This document shows, one piece after another, positions 16,300 through 24,861 of a stretch of DNA of 64,000 nt. The DNA is taken from contig CAMHNQ010000002.1 in the NCBI GenBank assembly GCA_946186495.1, positions 28,736-92,735 on the forward strand, read 5' to 3'. Below the pieces are notes generated by a model, which did not search any database, had not been told where the DNA came from, and saw only the letters and a program-made list of their open reading frames with translations. The position numbers and the translations under genes are program-made. Positions within the stretch are counted from its first letter, which is position 1; every line of letters starts with the position of its first letter. This DNA is from an uncultured Bacteroidales bacterium (GTDB lineage: Bacteria > Bacteroidota > Bacteroidia > Bacteroidales > WCHB1-69).

Positions 16300-18426
16300 T
16301 CATTTCAGCCCGCGGTTCTTCAGCAGCGGTTCAATGGACGGCTCTTGGCCGCGGAAGGCCATGTAGAGGTTCTTCACGTCTTCGGTGTTGCCGCGTTCCA
16401 GAATGTTGGTGCGGAAAGAGGTGGCCGTCGCCGGGTCAAAGATTCCGTGGTCCTTGAAACATTGGTAAGCGTCGTTGTCTAATAGGGCCGACCAAGTGTA
16501 GCTGTAGTAGCCTGCCCCGTAGCCGCCGGAGAAGATGTGCTGGAAGTAGGGGCTTCTGTAGCGGGAAATGATGGATGGGATGAGCCCGATTTTCGCCATC
16601 CGTTCGTTCTCGAATCCGGGCTGCTGTATCTTGACGGGCTCGGTGACTGTGTGGTAGTCCATGTCGAGGAGGGAGGCGGCGAGCAGCTCGGTGTTGATGA
16701 ATCCCTGGCCGTAGGTGGCCGCAGCCTCGATCTTCTTCACCAATCCCTCGGGGATGAGCTCGCCGGTCTGGTAGTGGTGCGCGTACACTTTGAGGACCTC
16801 CGGCTCGAAGGCGAAGTGCTCCATGAACTGGGAGGGCATCTCCACGAAGTCGCGGGGGACGTTGGTGCCGGAGAGACTGCGGTAGTGGCAGCGCGACAGG
16901 ATGCTGTGCAACGCGTGGCCGAACTCGTGGAATAGGGTCTGCGTCTCGTCGATGTTGAGCATCGAGGGCTTGTCGCCGACAGGTTTGGTGAAGTTGAACA
17001 CTAACGACACCACTGGGATGTTGTTGTTGCCGTCGCGGTCGTAATACTGCTCGCGGAAGTTGGTCATCCAAGCGCCGCTGCGCTTGCTCTCGCGCGGGAA
17101 GAAGTCCATGTAGACCACCGCGATGACCTCGTTGTTGTCAATCACCTCGAATGCTTTGACATCCTTATGGTATACGGGTATCTCGGGGTTCTCACGGAAA
17201 GAGAGACCGTAAAGTTGCTCGCAGACGTAGAATAGCCCCTTGAGCGTAGAGTCGAGGGCAAGGTACGGGCGGATGGCCTCGTCGTTGAGGTCGTATTTCT
17301 CCTTGCGAAGCTTCTCGGTGTAGTAGCGCCAGTCGTAGGGTTGCAACTCGCCGGGGATGCCGTCCTTGTGCATCATCTTCTGATAGGTGGCGGCCTCCTC
17401 CTTGGCCTTGGCGAGGGCGGGCACCCACACCTTCTTCAGCAAGTCGTAGACATTGTCGGCATTCTTGGCCATGCACTCGTCCAGCACGTAGTTGGCGTAA
17501 TTGTCGAAACCGAGAATCCTCGCTTTCTCCAACCGGAGGTTGACGATGTCGTTGATGATCTGTGTGTTGGAATATTTCCCGTCGAGGCAACGGGTGGAGT
17601 AGGCTGTCCAGAGTTCCTTGCGCAGCTGGCGGTTTTCGCAGTTTTGGAGGAAGGGTTCCATGGAGGGCACGTGTACGGTGAAAGCGTATTTCCCCTTGGC
17701 GTCCTTCATGCCTTCGGCGGTCTCTTTTGCCGTAGCTAACTGTGCCTCTGTCAGCCCTTTTAGGTCTTCCTCGTTATCCACAAAGAGCACGTAGTCGTTG
17801 GTGGCTCCCAGCACGTTGTTGCCGAACTTGAGGGTGAGTGCGGCGAGCTTTTCGTTGATTACACGGTAGCGGGCTTGTTTCTCGGCCGGCACATTCGCGC
17901 CCCCGTGCACAAAGTTCTTGTAGGTGACCTCTAAAAGCCGAAGCTGCTCGTCGTTGAGGCTCTCCTTGTCGCGGTGGTCATAAACGGTCTTGATGCGTTG
18001 GAACAGCTTTTCGTTCAGCATGATGTCGTCCTCGTGGCGGGTCAGCATCGGGATGATGGTGTCGGACAGCTCCTCCATTTCGGGACTGTTCATGCATTCG
18101 GCGAGGTTGAGGAAGACGGCGGAGACCTTGGTCAGCAGTTCGCCGCTGTACTCGAAGGGAATCAGCGTGTTGCCGAATGTCGGCTCCTCGGTGTTGTCGC
18201 AGATGGCTTGGATGTTCTCCTTCTGTTGGCGGATGCCTTCCTCGATGGCGGGCAGGTAGTCGCCGGTCTTGATCTGGTCGAATGGCGGCACGCCGTAGGG
18301 GGTGTTCCACTCCTTCAGGAAAGGGTTGTCGGCAAGCTCGGGGTTGTCGGCTTGTCTCTTTTTGCACGCGCCGCCGATGACGGTGGTAGTAACAATCATG
18401 CTCATAATGAATAGTTTACGGGTCAT
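16300..18426 (-). CDS. dcp: M3-family peptidyl-dipeptidase (Dcp-like), lipoprotein-type signal
   Basis: 708 aa. HEFGHALH zinc motif, and the length and layout are typical of M3 Dcp/oligopeptidase A. N-terminal signal ..TVIGGAC. Confidence 0.85.
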   Translation of the reverse strand: MTRKLFIMSMIVTTTVIGGACKKRQADNPELADNPFLKEWNTPYGVPPFDQIKTGDYLPAIEEGIRQQKENIQAICDNTEEPTFGNTLIPFEYSGELLTKVSAVFLNLAECMNSPEMEELSDTIIPMLTRHEDDIMLNEKLFQRIKTVYDHRDKESLNDEQLRLLEVTYKNFVHGGANVPAEKQARYRVINEKLAALTLKFGNNVLGATNDYVLFVDNEEDLKGLTEAQLATAKETAEGMKDAKGKYAFTVHVPSMEPFLQNCENRQLRKELWTAYSTRCLDGKYSNTQIINDIVNLRLEKARILGFDNYANYVLDECMAKNADNVYDLLKKVWVPALAKAKEEAATYQKMMHKDGIPGELQPYDWRYYTEKLRKEKYDLNDEAIRPYLALDSTLKGLFYVCEQLYGLSFRENPEIPVYHKDVKAFEVIDNNEVIAVVYMDFFPRESKRSGAWMTNFREQYYDRDGNNNIPVVSLVFNFTKPVGDKPSMLNIDETQTLFHEFGHALHSILSRCHYRSLSGTNVPRDFVEMPSQFMEHFAFEPEVLKVYAHHYQTGELIPEGLVKKIEAAATYGQGFINTELLAASLLDMDYHTVTEPVKIQQPGFENERMAKIGLIPSIISRYRSPYFQHIFSGGYGAGYYSYTWSALLDNDAYQCFKDHGIFDPATATSFRTNILERGNTEDVKNLYMAFRGQEPSIEPLLKNRGLK

Positions 18427-18473
18427 TTTTCGCTATTTTATGTTATACTTTATTATTAAAGTCAAATAATGCG

Positions 18474-18481
18474 CAAAGGTA
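18474..18481 (-). promoter_or_regulatory. Candidate -7 box (TACCTTTG) for dcp
   Basis: Reverse complement of caaaggta. It lies 48 nt upstream of the ATG at 18426. Confidence 0.5.
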
Positions 18482-18576
18482 CATAAATTTTAAATACGGC
18501 ATCCGGATAATTCTCCTTGATGTGGTGTCGCGAAACCTTTACTTGAACATTCGGACGGATATTATGAAAAAAAGTG

Positions 18577-18584
18577 TATCTTTG
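18577..18584 (+). promoter_or_regulatory. Candidate -7 box (TATCTTTG) for the alcohol dehydrogenase gene
   Basis: tatctttg lies 24 nt upstream of the ATG at 18608. Confidence 0.55.
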
Positions 18585-18607
18585 CCACCTTGATAAAAAG
18601 TATAGAC

Positions 18608-19777
18608 ATGTTAGGAAATTTCACATATGAGAACCCCACTCGCCTGCACTTCGGCGAGAACAGTTTGGGATTTTTGAAAGAAGAATTGGGCCATTATGGT
18701 GAGACGGTCATGGTCTCCTATGGCGGAGGATCCATTAAACGCACAGGACTTTACGACCAGGTGGTCGCCATCTTGAAAGCGGCTGGCAAGACGGTCGTGG
18801 AGGATGGCGGCGTGATGCCTAACCCGACGGTGGAGAAACTCTACGAGGGCTGCAGGCTTGCCCGCGAACACAACGTCGACCTCATCCTTGCGGTGGGTGG
18901 CGGTTCAGTGTGCGACTATGCCAAGGGTGTGGCCGCCTCCACCTGGCTCGACGGGGACCCCTGGGAAACCTACTACCTCAACTACAAGGACCCGGATCCC
19001 GGCCTGCGTATCCTTCCCGTCGGCTGCATCCTCACCATGGTGGGCACCGGCTCGGAGATGAACGGCGGATCCGTCATCACCAACCATAGCCAGAACCTGA
19101 AAATCGGCAAGGTCTTCGACAGCCGCCTGATGCCGAAATTCACAATATTGAACCCCAAGCTCACCTTCACCGTGCCGCAGTACCAGATGGTCGCCGGCTT
19201 CTTCGACATTATGTCCCACCTCATGGAACAGTACTTCAGCAATGAAGATGACAACACCAGCGACTATCTCAACGAAGGGCTCATGCGCTCGCTCATCCAC
19301 AGCTCGCGTATCGCCGTGAAGAATCCGCAGGACTATGAGGCGCGCAGCAACATCATGTGGACGGCCACCTGGGCGCTCAACACGCTGGTTGGCAAGGGCA
19401 AGTCGCAGGACTGGATGGTGCACATGATCGGACAGGCTATCGGCGCGGTGACGGATGCCACACACGGCATGACCCTCGCAGCGGTCTCTATTCCTTACTA
19501 CAAGTACATCATGCACAGTGGGTTGCATAAGTTCGTGCGTTTTGCCAAGAACGTCTGGGACATCAACACCGACGGCAAAACCGACGAACAGGCCGCCATG
19601 GAGGGCATCGATGCATTGGATGCCTGGATGGATGAAATCGGGGTGGCGAAAAAAGCCTCCGACGTGGGGGTGACCCCCGACAATATCGAGAAAGTGGCCG
19701 ACGCGACCATCCTTGGCGGCGGTTTCATGCAACTGACGCGGGACGACGTGGTGGAAATTCTGAAACGTGCGCTATAA
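18608..19777 (+). CDS. Iron-containing alcohol dehydrogenase (butanol dehydrogenase/YqhD-like)
   Basis: MLGNFTYENPTRLHFGENS..., GGGSVCDYAKG and His-rich metal-site regions. The ORF-track start at 18590 is TTG and overlaps the promoter box, so ATG 18608 is preferred. Confidence 0.9.
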   Translation: MLGNFTYENPTRLHFGENSLGFLKEELGHYGETVMVSYGGGSIKRTGLYDQVVAILKAAGKTVVEDGGVMPNPTVEKLYEGCRLAREHNVDLILAVGGGSVCDYAKGVAASTWLDGDPWETYYLNYKDPDPGLRILPVGCILTMVGTGSEMNGGSVITNHSQNLKIGKVFDSRLMPKFTILNPKLTFTVPQYQMVAGFFDIMSHLMEQYFSNEDDNTSDYLNEGLMRSLIHSSRIAVKNPQDYEARSNIMWTATWALNTLVGKGKSQDWMVHMIGQAIGAVTDATHGMTLAAVSIPYYKYIMHSGLHKFVRFAKNVWDINTDGKTDEQAAMEGIDALDAWMDEIGVAKKASDVGVTPDNIEKVADATILGGGFMQLTRDDVVEILKRAL

Positions 19778-19834
19778 TTCAGAATCATGAATCATGAACG
19801 GTAGATTGAACGTTTATTCAGATCACAGCTCTCC

Positions 19835-19869
19835 AATCACCAATCACTAATCACTAATCACTGATCACT
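19835..19869. repeat. Heptamer tandem repeat (AATCACC, AATCACT x3, GATCACT) ending 5 nt before the start codon at 19875
   Basis: Read directly: aatcacc aatcact aatcact aatcact gatcact aaaaa ATG. A related GAATCAT x2 pair lies at 19782-19795. Confidence 0.85.
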
Positions 19870-19874
19870 AAAAA

Positions 19875-20930
19875 ATGGAAAAACGTTTTTGGAACGAATA
19901 TCAGAAGGAGATCGCGGATGACCACTTCTTTTACGAAAGGAGCTGCATCCGTCAGACCTTCTTCCCAGGCTCGGAGGCGACTTTCCTGAACATCATGCGC
20001 AATGATTTGGGGAAGGACATCTACGATTCCTCGCACCAGCACACATGCTCGGGCATCGGCTACCACTCCGACGTGGTGCCTTTCGAGACGACCATGACCA
20101 TCGTGGCGCGGCTCTTCTCCCTGATGACCGAGCGGGGCTACAAGAACTACGTCCCTTCGTGCGTCACTTCTTTCGGGGTGATGACCGAGTTCATCGAGAA
20201 ATGGAAGGAGCAGCCGGAGATTTTGGAGAAGGCTCGTGAATACCTGTACAAGGCCACGGGCCGGACGTTCGAGCTGCCCGAGAACATTGTGCACCCGTCG
20301 GATCTGATCTTCAAGTTCCGTCTTGAGTTGAAGGAGAAGATGAAATACCAGCTTGTGAACCGCTTCACGGGCAAGCCGTTGCGGGGTGTTGAGCACATCG
20401 GTTGCCACTACGCCAAGATTTTCCCGAAGCACGGCATCGGCAACGCGGAGTTCCCCTACGTGCTGGCCGGCATGATCGAGGCTTGGGGCGGCGAGGTGGT
20501 TGATTACCCCGAGCGCCGGCACTGTTGCGGCTTCGGCTTCCGCCAGTACCTTGTACAGGAGAACCGAGGCTACTCCATAGCCAATTCCAAGAAAAAGTTC
20601 GAGTCGATGGAACCTTTCGAGCCGGACTTCATCGTGGCCAACTGCCCCGGATGTGCCATGTTCCTCGACAAGTGGCAATACACCATCGCCGAGATGGAGC
20701 ACAAGACCTACGACAAGGAAGGCTATGGCATCCCGGTGCTCACCTACGAGGAGTTGGCGGGTTTGCTGTTGGGCTACGACCCGTGGGTGATGGGCATGCA
20801 GCTTCACCAGGTGCAGTGCGAACGCCTCCTCGACAAGATCGGCGTCGCCTACAACCCCGACGACAAGTACCGCGGAGCTTCCGGCAAGCTCCTCCGCGCC
20901 CCCGAGAAACCCGAGGTGCTGAAAGTGTGA
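19875..20930 (+). CDS. HdrB-like cysteine-rich (CCG) domain protein
   Basis: 351 aa. The C-terminal CCG motif set GCHY-x39-HCCGFG-x38-NCPGC matches HdrB/GlpC/LutA-type domains. The N-terminal copy is degenerate. Confidence 0.75.
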   Translation: MEKRFWNEYQKEIADDHFFYERSCIRQTFFPGSEATFLNIMRNDLGKDIYDSSHQHTCSGIGYHSDVVPFETTMTIVARLFSLMTERGYKNYVPSCVTSFGVMTEFIEKWKEQPEILEKAREYLYKATGRTFELPENIVHPSDLIFKFRLELKEKMKYQLVNRFTGKPLRGVEHIGCHYAKIFPKHGIGNAEFPYVLAGMIEAWGGEVVDYPERRHCCGFGFRQYLVQENRGYSIANSKKKFESMEPFEPDFIVANCPGCAMFLDKWQYTIAEMEHKTYDKEGYGIPVLTYEELAGLLLGYDPWVMGMQLHQVQCERLLDKIGVAYNPDDKYRGASGKLLRAPEKPEVLKV

Positions 20931-20977
20931 CGGCTTGTGGAAGCACAAGATTTTGAGCCTCCACGGAATAACGAAGA

Positions 20978-21062
20978 CATATAAATCATCCCTTGAGCAG
21001 CCTCGGAGAGGCAAAACGCGCGAAGCGCAGGTAACCCCACACAAGCGCAGCGCAGTGTGGGC
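20978..21062 (+). repeat. REP-like three-hairpin intergenic element, copy 1
   Basis: catataaatcatcccttgagcaGCCTCggaGAGGCaaaacGCGCgaaGCGCaggtaaCCCCACACaagcgcagcgcaGTGTGGG. It is homologous to 24862-24985 and more loosely to 22109-22257. Confidence 0.75.
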
Positions 21063-21089
21063 AGAAACAAGAACGAAAAACGATCCAAT

Positions 21090-22088
21090 ATGACAATCGC
21101 AATCATAGGTGCCGGCCCCGCCGGCATAGAAGCCGCCGCCATCTTGGCGGGCAAACATCAGGTGACCCTCTTCGAGAGAGAGGACAAACCTCTGTGCAAC
21201 CTTCGCAACAAGGCCTTCCTGTTCCCAGACTTCAGCTCCGCCGACGTGCTGGCCGACCAGTTGGAAGCGAAACTCTCGCACGGCAACATCACGCTCAAGG
21301 TTGCCACTCCTGTCGTGTCGATGCAGCGCACGGGCGAGCAGTGGATGCTGACCACCGCTTCCGGCGAGACCGCTGCTTTCGACAAGGTGCTTTTAGCCAC
21401 TGGATATCGCGTGTTCGACGCGCACAAAAAGGAGGAACTGGGCTACGGCATCTACAAGGGCGTGATTACCTCCATCGAGATGGAGGAGATGATCAAGGAC
21501 AACCAGGTCCGCAACAACATGGGAGAAGTGCCGAAGCAGGTCGTCTTCCTGCAGTGTGTGGGCTCCCGCGACGAGAAGTCTGGCAACCACTATTGCTCGA
21601 AGGTCTGTTGCGTGACCGCCGTGAAGCAGGCCATCGAGATCAAGCGGCTGCATCCCGAGACAGATGTGTACATATATTATATGGACTTGCGGATGTGGGG
21701 TCAGGGCTTCGAGGAGATGTACCGTGAGGCGCAGGAAAAGTACGGTGTGAACTTCGTGCGCGGCCGCATCTCCGAGGCGGCGTCAACGTTCGACAACCGT
21801 GTGCAGATCAAGGCCGAGGACACGCTGATGGGCATCCCGCTGACGATGAACGCCGACCTGCTCGTCCTCATGGTGGGCATGTGCGCATCCGAAGGCACGG
21901 CTTCGCTTGCGCAATGTGCAGGCATCGACGGTCTCTACCGGTTTGCCCAGAGCCTGTCGCCGCATATGGAAGACAACCTCACCGCACAGCCCGGCCTCTA
22001 CCTCGCCGGCTCTTGCAAGCGCCCGATGTGCATTACAGACACCGTCCAGGACGCCCGTGCCGCCGCTGTGGCGATTGGTAATGAATGA
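21090..22088 (+). CDS. HdrA-like FAD-dependent oxidoreductase
   Basis: MTIAIIGAGPAGIEAA dinucleotide-binding motif. QCVGSRDEKSGNHYCSKVCC resembles the HdrA Cys cluster. The start is set at ATG 21090 because the ORF-track GTG 21057 lies inside the repeat element. Confidence 0.75.
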   Translation: MTIAIIGAGPAGIEAAAILAGKHQVTLFEREDKPLCNLRNKAFLFPDFSSADVLADQLEAKLSHGNITLKVATPVVSMQRTGEQWMLTTASGETAAFDKVLLATGYRVFDAHKKEELGYGIYKGVITSIEMEEMIKDNQVRNNMGEVPKQVVFLQCVGSRDEKSGNHYCSKVCCVTAVKQAIEIKRLHPETDVYIYYMDLRMWGQGFEEMYREAQEKYGVNFVRGRISEAASTFDNRVQIKAEDTLMGIPLTMNADLLVLMVGMCASEGTASLAQCAGIDGLYRFAQSLSPHMEDNLTAQPGLYLAGSCKRPMCITDTVQDARAAAVAIGNE

Positions 22089-22108
22089 TGATTAATTATA
22101 ACGAAAAG

Positions 22109-22257
22109 TCCCATATAACAGTAAACATCTTCCTTGGGCAGTCCCGAAGGGAAAACATGCGCGAAGTGGAGACGCGAAATCTTGCATCTCTACAATTCAC
22201 CCCGCACAATCGGAGCGCAAGGTAGGGGCTGCAAGACAATCGAAGCACAAGTATGGG
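22109..22257 (+). repeat. REP-like element, copy 3 (degenerate, 3' module duplicated)
   Basis: tcccatataacagtaaacatcttccttgggcagTCCCgaaGGGAaaacatgcgcgaagtgg...ccccgcacaatcggagcgcaaggtagggg ctgcaagacaatcgaagcacaagtatggg. It ends 11 nt before the ATG at 22269. Confidence 0.5.
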
Positions 22258-22268
22258 ATGAAAAGAAT

Positions 22269-23381
22269 ATGCTTATGAGAAAAACCTTAAAAACGCTAAT
22301 GATAATCTGCTGTTGCTTTGCGGCAACAGCCCAGACCAACTACACTTTCATCACGCATCACAACGTGGTGAAGGACAGCTACAACTTCTGGGTTTCGGTA
22401 CCGGACACCTATGAGGAGCAGCGGGGAACGATTCCCGTAGTGATCTTCCTTCATGGTGCAAGTCTGCGCGGCAATGACCTCAACAGGGTGCGCCGCTACG
22501 GCCCTTTGGATGCCATCGCCATGGGACGCGACATCGACGCCATCATCATCGCTCCGCAAAACCCTGGCGGGGCCTGGAACTCCGTGAAGGTACTCAACAT
22601 CCTGAATTGGGTGACCAAGCGCTACGAGGTGGACACGAACCGCATTTACCTGATTGGTATGAGTTTGGGCGGTTTCGGGACCATCGAGTTTTTGGCAAAC
22701 CACGCAGAGAAAATCGCTGCGTCGATGGAACTGTGCGGCGGCACGATCCGCAAGGACCTCTGTAAGCTGAACACGGTGCCGTTGTGGATTATCCACGGCA
22801 CAGCCGACCGCGCCGTGCCGGTCTCCCGTGCGCAGGAAATTTACGAGTCCATGAAGAAATGCGGCCGTACCGACTTGCTTCGACTGGACAAGTGGGCGGG
22901 GGTCAATCACGGCGACCTGGCCCGTCTCTTCTATTTGAAGGAGACCTACCAGTGGTTGTTCGCGCATTCCAAAGCCGACACTCCCCGCCAGGTCAACAAG
23001 GAAATCCAGCTGAAGAGCAGTGACATGGCCAATGCCTACAAGGACATCAACCGCGGCTCCAATGTAATCACGGTCAAGGCCTATAGCCGTAAGAAACAGG
23101 ATCCCAACGATATGCGGCGCACCGATGACGGCGACGACGATGAAATGGCCGCTAGGGAGACAGCGGCATCCACTCCGAAAGTGGACACGCAAAAGCCCTC
23201 CACCCCGAAGCCCGCCGCCTCGAAACCCGCCACAGGTGCGAAATACCATACCGTCAAGCAGGGTGACACGCTCTACGCCATCGCAAAAAAACACCACACC
23301 ACAGTCGATAAACTCTGCAAACTCAACAAGATTAAGGAAACCACGATTTTGCAGTTGGGACGGAAACTCCGTGTGAAATAA
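22269..23381 (+). CDS. Secreted alpha/beta-hydrolase (esterase) with C-terminal LysM domain
   Basis: Signal peptide MLMRKTLKTLMIICCCFAATAQ. Nucleophile elbow GMSLGGFG and IHGTADRAVP. A low-complexity P/T/K linker. LysM: KYHTVKQGDTLYAIAKKHHTTVDKLCKLNKI. The ORF-track start at 22134 runs through the repeat element. Confidence 0.8.
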   Translation: MLMRKTLKTLMIICCCFAATAQTNYTFITHHNVVKDSYNFWVSVPDTYEEQRGTIPVVIFLHGASLRGNDLNRVRRYGPLDAIAMGRDIDAIIIAPQNPGGAWNSVKVLNILNWVTKRYEVDTNRIYLIGMSLGGFGTIEFLANHAEKIAASMELCGGTIRKDLCKLNTVPLWIIHGTADRAVPVSRAQEIYESMKKCGRTDLLRLDKWAGVNHGDLARLFYLKETYQWLFAHSKADTPRQVNKEIQLKSSDMANAYKDINRGSNVITVKAYSRKKQDPNDMRRTDDGDDDEMAARETAASTPKVDTQKPSTPKPAASKPATGAKYHTVKQGDTLYAIAKKHHTTVDKLCKLNKIKETTILQLGRKLRVK

Positions 23382-23394
23382 TGCAGAACGATCA

Positions 23395-23550
23395 ATGATG
23401 CGTAAATCGGTCTATATCGGGATTATATTGGCGGGCGCAATCCTTTTGTGCAGCTCTTGTTGCAGTGGCAGGCGGCCGCCAGGGACGGTACGGGCCAAAT
23501 ATAACGGAGAGATTGTCTATCCTTACCGCTATTATATCTCAAATCCCTGA
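23395..23550 (+). CDS. Candidate small lipoprotein (51 aa), below the ORF-track length cut-off
   Basis: Own translation: MMRKSVYIGIILAGAILLCSSCCSGRRPPGTVRAKYNGEIVYPYRYYISNP*. It has a signal-peptide-like N-terminus with a Cys after the hydrophobic core. No homology evidence is available. Confidence 0.3.
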   Translation: MMRKSVYIGIILAGAILLCSSCCSGRRPPGTVRAKYNGEIVYPYRYYISNP

Positions 23551-23593
23551 TCCTCTTATCCTCCTCTCTCAATCAATAACCATTCAAAATAAT

Positions 23594-24814
23594 ATGAACG
23601 AAAACATAAACAATGTCAAGCGCCGTTTCGGCATCATCGGGTTCGACCCTGCCTTGGACCATGTCATCGACGTGGCCATGCAGGTGGCGGTGACGGATTT
23701 GTCGGTGTTGGTGACCGGCGAGAGCGGTTCCGGCAAGGAGTCGGTGCCGAAGATCATTCACGCCTACTCGCCGCGCAAGACCAAGACCTACATCGCGGTG
23801 AACTGCGGTGCAATCCCCGAGGGTACGATTGACTCGGAGCTTTTCGGGCACGAGAAGGGTGCCTTCACGGGGGCTGTGGACTCTCGCAAGGGCTATTTCG
23901 AAGAGGCCAGCGGGGGGACGCTGTTCCTGGATGAGGTTGCCGACCTGCCACTCTCCACGCAAGTGCGTCTGCTGCGCGTGTTGGAGACGGGCGAGTACAT
24001 TCGCGTGGGGTCGTCCAAAGTGATGAAGACGGATGTGAGGGTGGTGGCTGCCACCAACGTAAACATCGCCGACCGTATCGCCAAGGGGAAGTTCCGCGAG
24101 GACCTCTACTACCGTCTCAATTCCGTGCCAATTCGGGTGCCTGCGCTGCGCGAACGCCCCGGCGACATCTACCCGCTGTTCGTCAAGTTCGCCGCCGACT
24201 TCTCTGACAAGTACCATTTCCCGACCATCTCGCTCACTGAAGAGGCACAGGCGATGTTGCGCGCATACCGCTGGCCTGGCAACGTGCGCCAGCTCAAAAA
24301 CGTCACCGAACAAGTCTCTCTCATTGAGAAGGAGCGGATAATTGATGCGGAAACGCTGAAACCCTATCTGACGGGCCCTGTCGGATCCAATCTCCCGGCG
24401 GTGTTGCCCTCGGAGAGCGAGCAGCACGACAACATGCAGCGCGAGCTCGTCTTCAAGTTCATCGCCGAGCTGCAGCGGGAGGTGCAGGAGCTGAAAGCCA
24501 CCGTCGCACAGCTGGCCCAAACCCCCGAACTCTCTCCGCAAACCCATACCCATGTCCTCCCTACTCATGATGATACAGGTCGGCATCCTGATTATCAGAT
24601 TGTTAAAACCCATAGACGTGCTGATGAGGAACCTGAGCAATATGACGACTCCGAAGTAATCGAGGACACAGCCGACTTCACGATGGAAGGTTTGGAGAAG
24701 CAGGCCATCATCGCCGCCCTGCGCCGCCACCACGAAAACCGCAAGCTCGCCGCCCAGGAACTGGGAATCTCCGAGAGGACGCTCTACAGGAAGATCAAAG
24801 AATACGGAATCTGA
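23594..24814 (+). CDS. Sigma-54-dependent transcriptional activator (AAA+ plus Fis-type HTH, no N-terminal sensor or receiver domain)
   Basis: Walker A GESGSGKE, GAFTGA loop, LFLDEV, RVVAATN. C-terminal HTH LAAQELGISERTLYRKIKEYGI. Only about 45 aa precede the AAA+ core when the start is ATG 23594. Confidence 0.9.
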   Translation: MNENINNVKRRFGIIGFDPALDHVIDVAMQVAVTDLSVLVTGESGSGKESVPKIIHAYSPRKTKTYIAVNCGAIPEGTIDSELFGHEKGAFTGAVDSRKGYFEEASGGTLFLDEVADLPLSTQVRLLRVLETGEYIRVGSSKVMKTDVRVVAATNVNIADRIAKGKFREDLYYRLNSVPIRVPALRERPGDIYPLFVKFAADFSDKYHFPTISLTEEAQAMLRAYRWPGNVRQLKNVTEQVSLIEKERIIDAETLKPYLTGPVGSNLPAVLPSESEQHDNMQRELVFKFIAELQREVQELKATVAQLAQTPELSPQTHTHVLPTHDDTGRHPDYQIVKTHRRADEEPEQYDDSEVIEDTADFTMEGLEKQAIIAALRRHHENRKLAAQELGISERTLYRKIKEYGI

Positions 24815-24818
24815 TTAA

Positions 24819-24839
24819 TGGTTATTGGTTATTGGTTAT
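24819..24839. repeat. Heptamer tandem repeat TGGTTAT x3 immediately after the sigma-54 activator stop codon
   Basis: tggttat tggttat tggttat read directly at 24819-24839. Confidence 0.85.
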
Positions 24840-24861
24840 TGAAGATGATGGATCGAATTGT

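Noticed and set aside
22078-22105. AT-rich aatgaatgatgattaatta stretch after the HdrA-like stop as another heptamer array.
   Set aside because: These are only irregular short ATGA/TGAT reiterations with no clean tandem unit. It is probably just AT-rich spacer sequence.
22134-22268. N-terminal extensions given by the ORF track. Examples are 22134, 23465, 24818, 25517, 31368, 32942, 35890, 38214, 39841, 43363, 44002, 45714 and 61600.
   Set aside because: The extensions run through promoter boxes, repeat elements or the preceding gene. They also precede an internal Met followed by a canonical signal peptide or family N-terminus. Starts were trimmed accordingly, though exact starts remain uncertain in a few cases.
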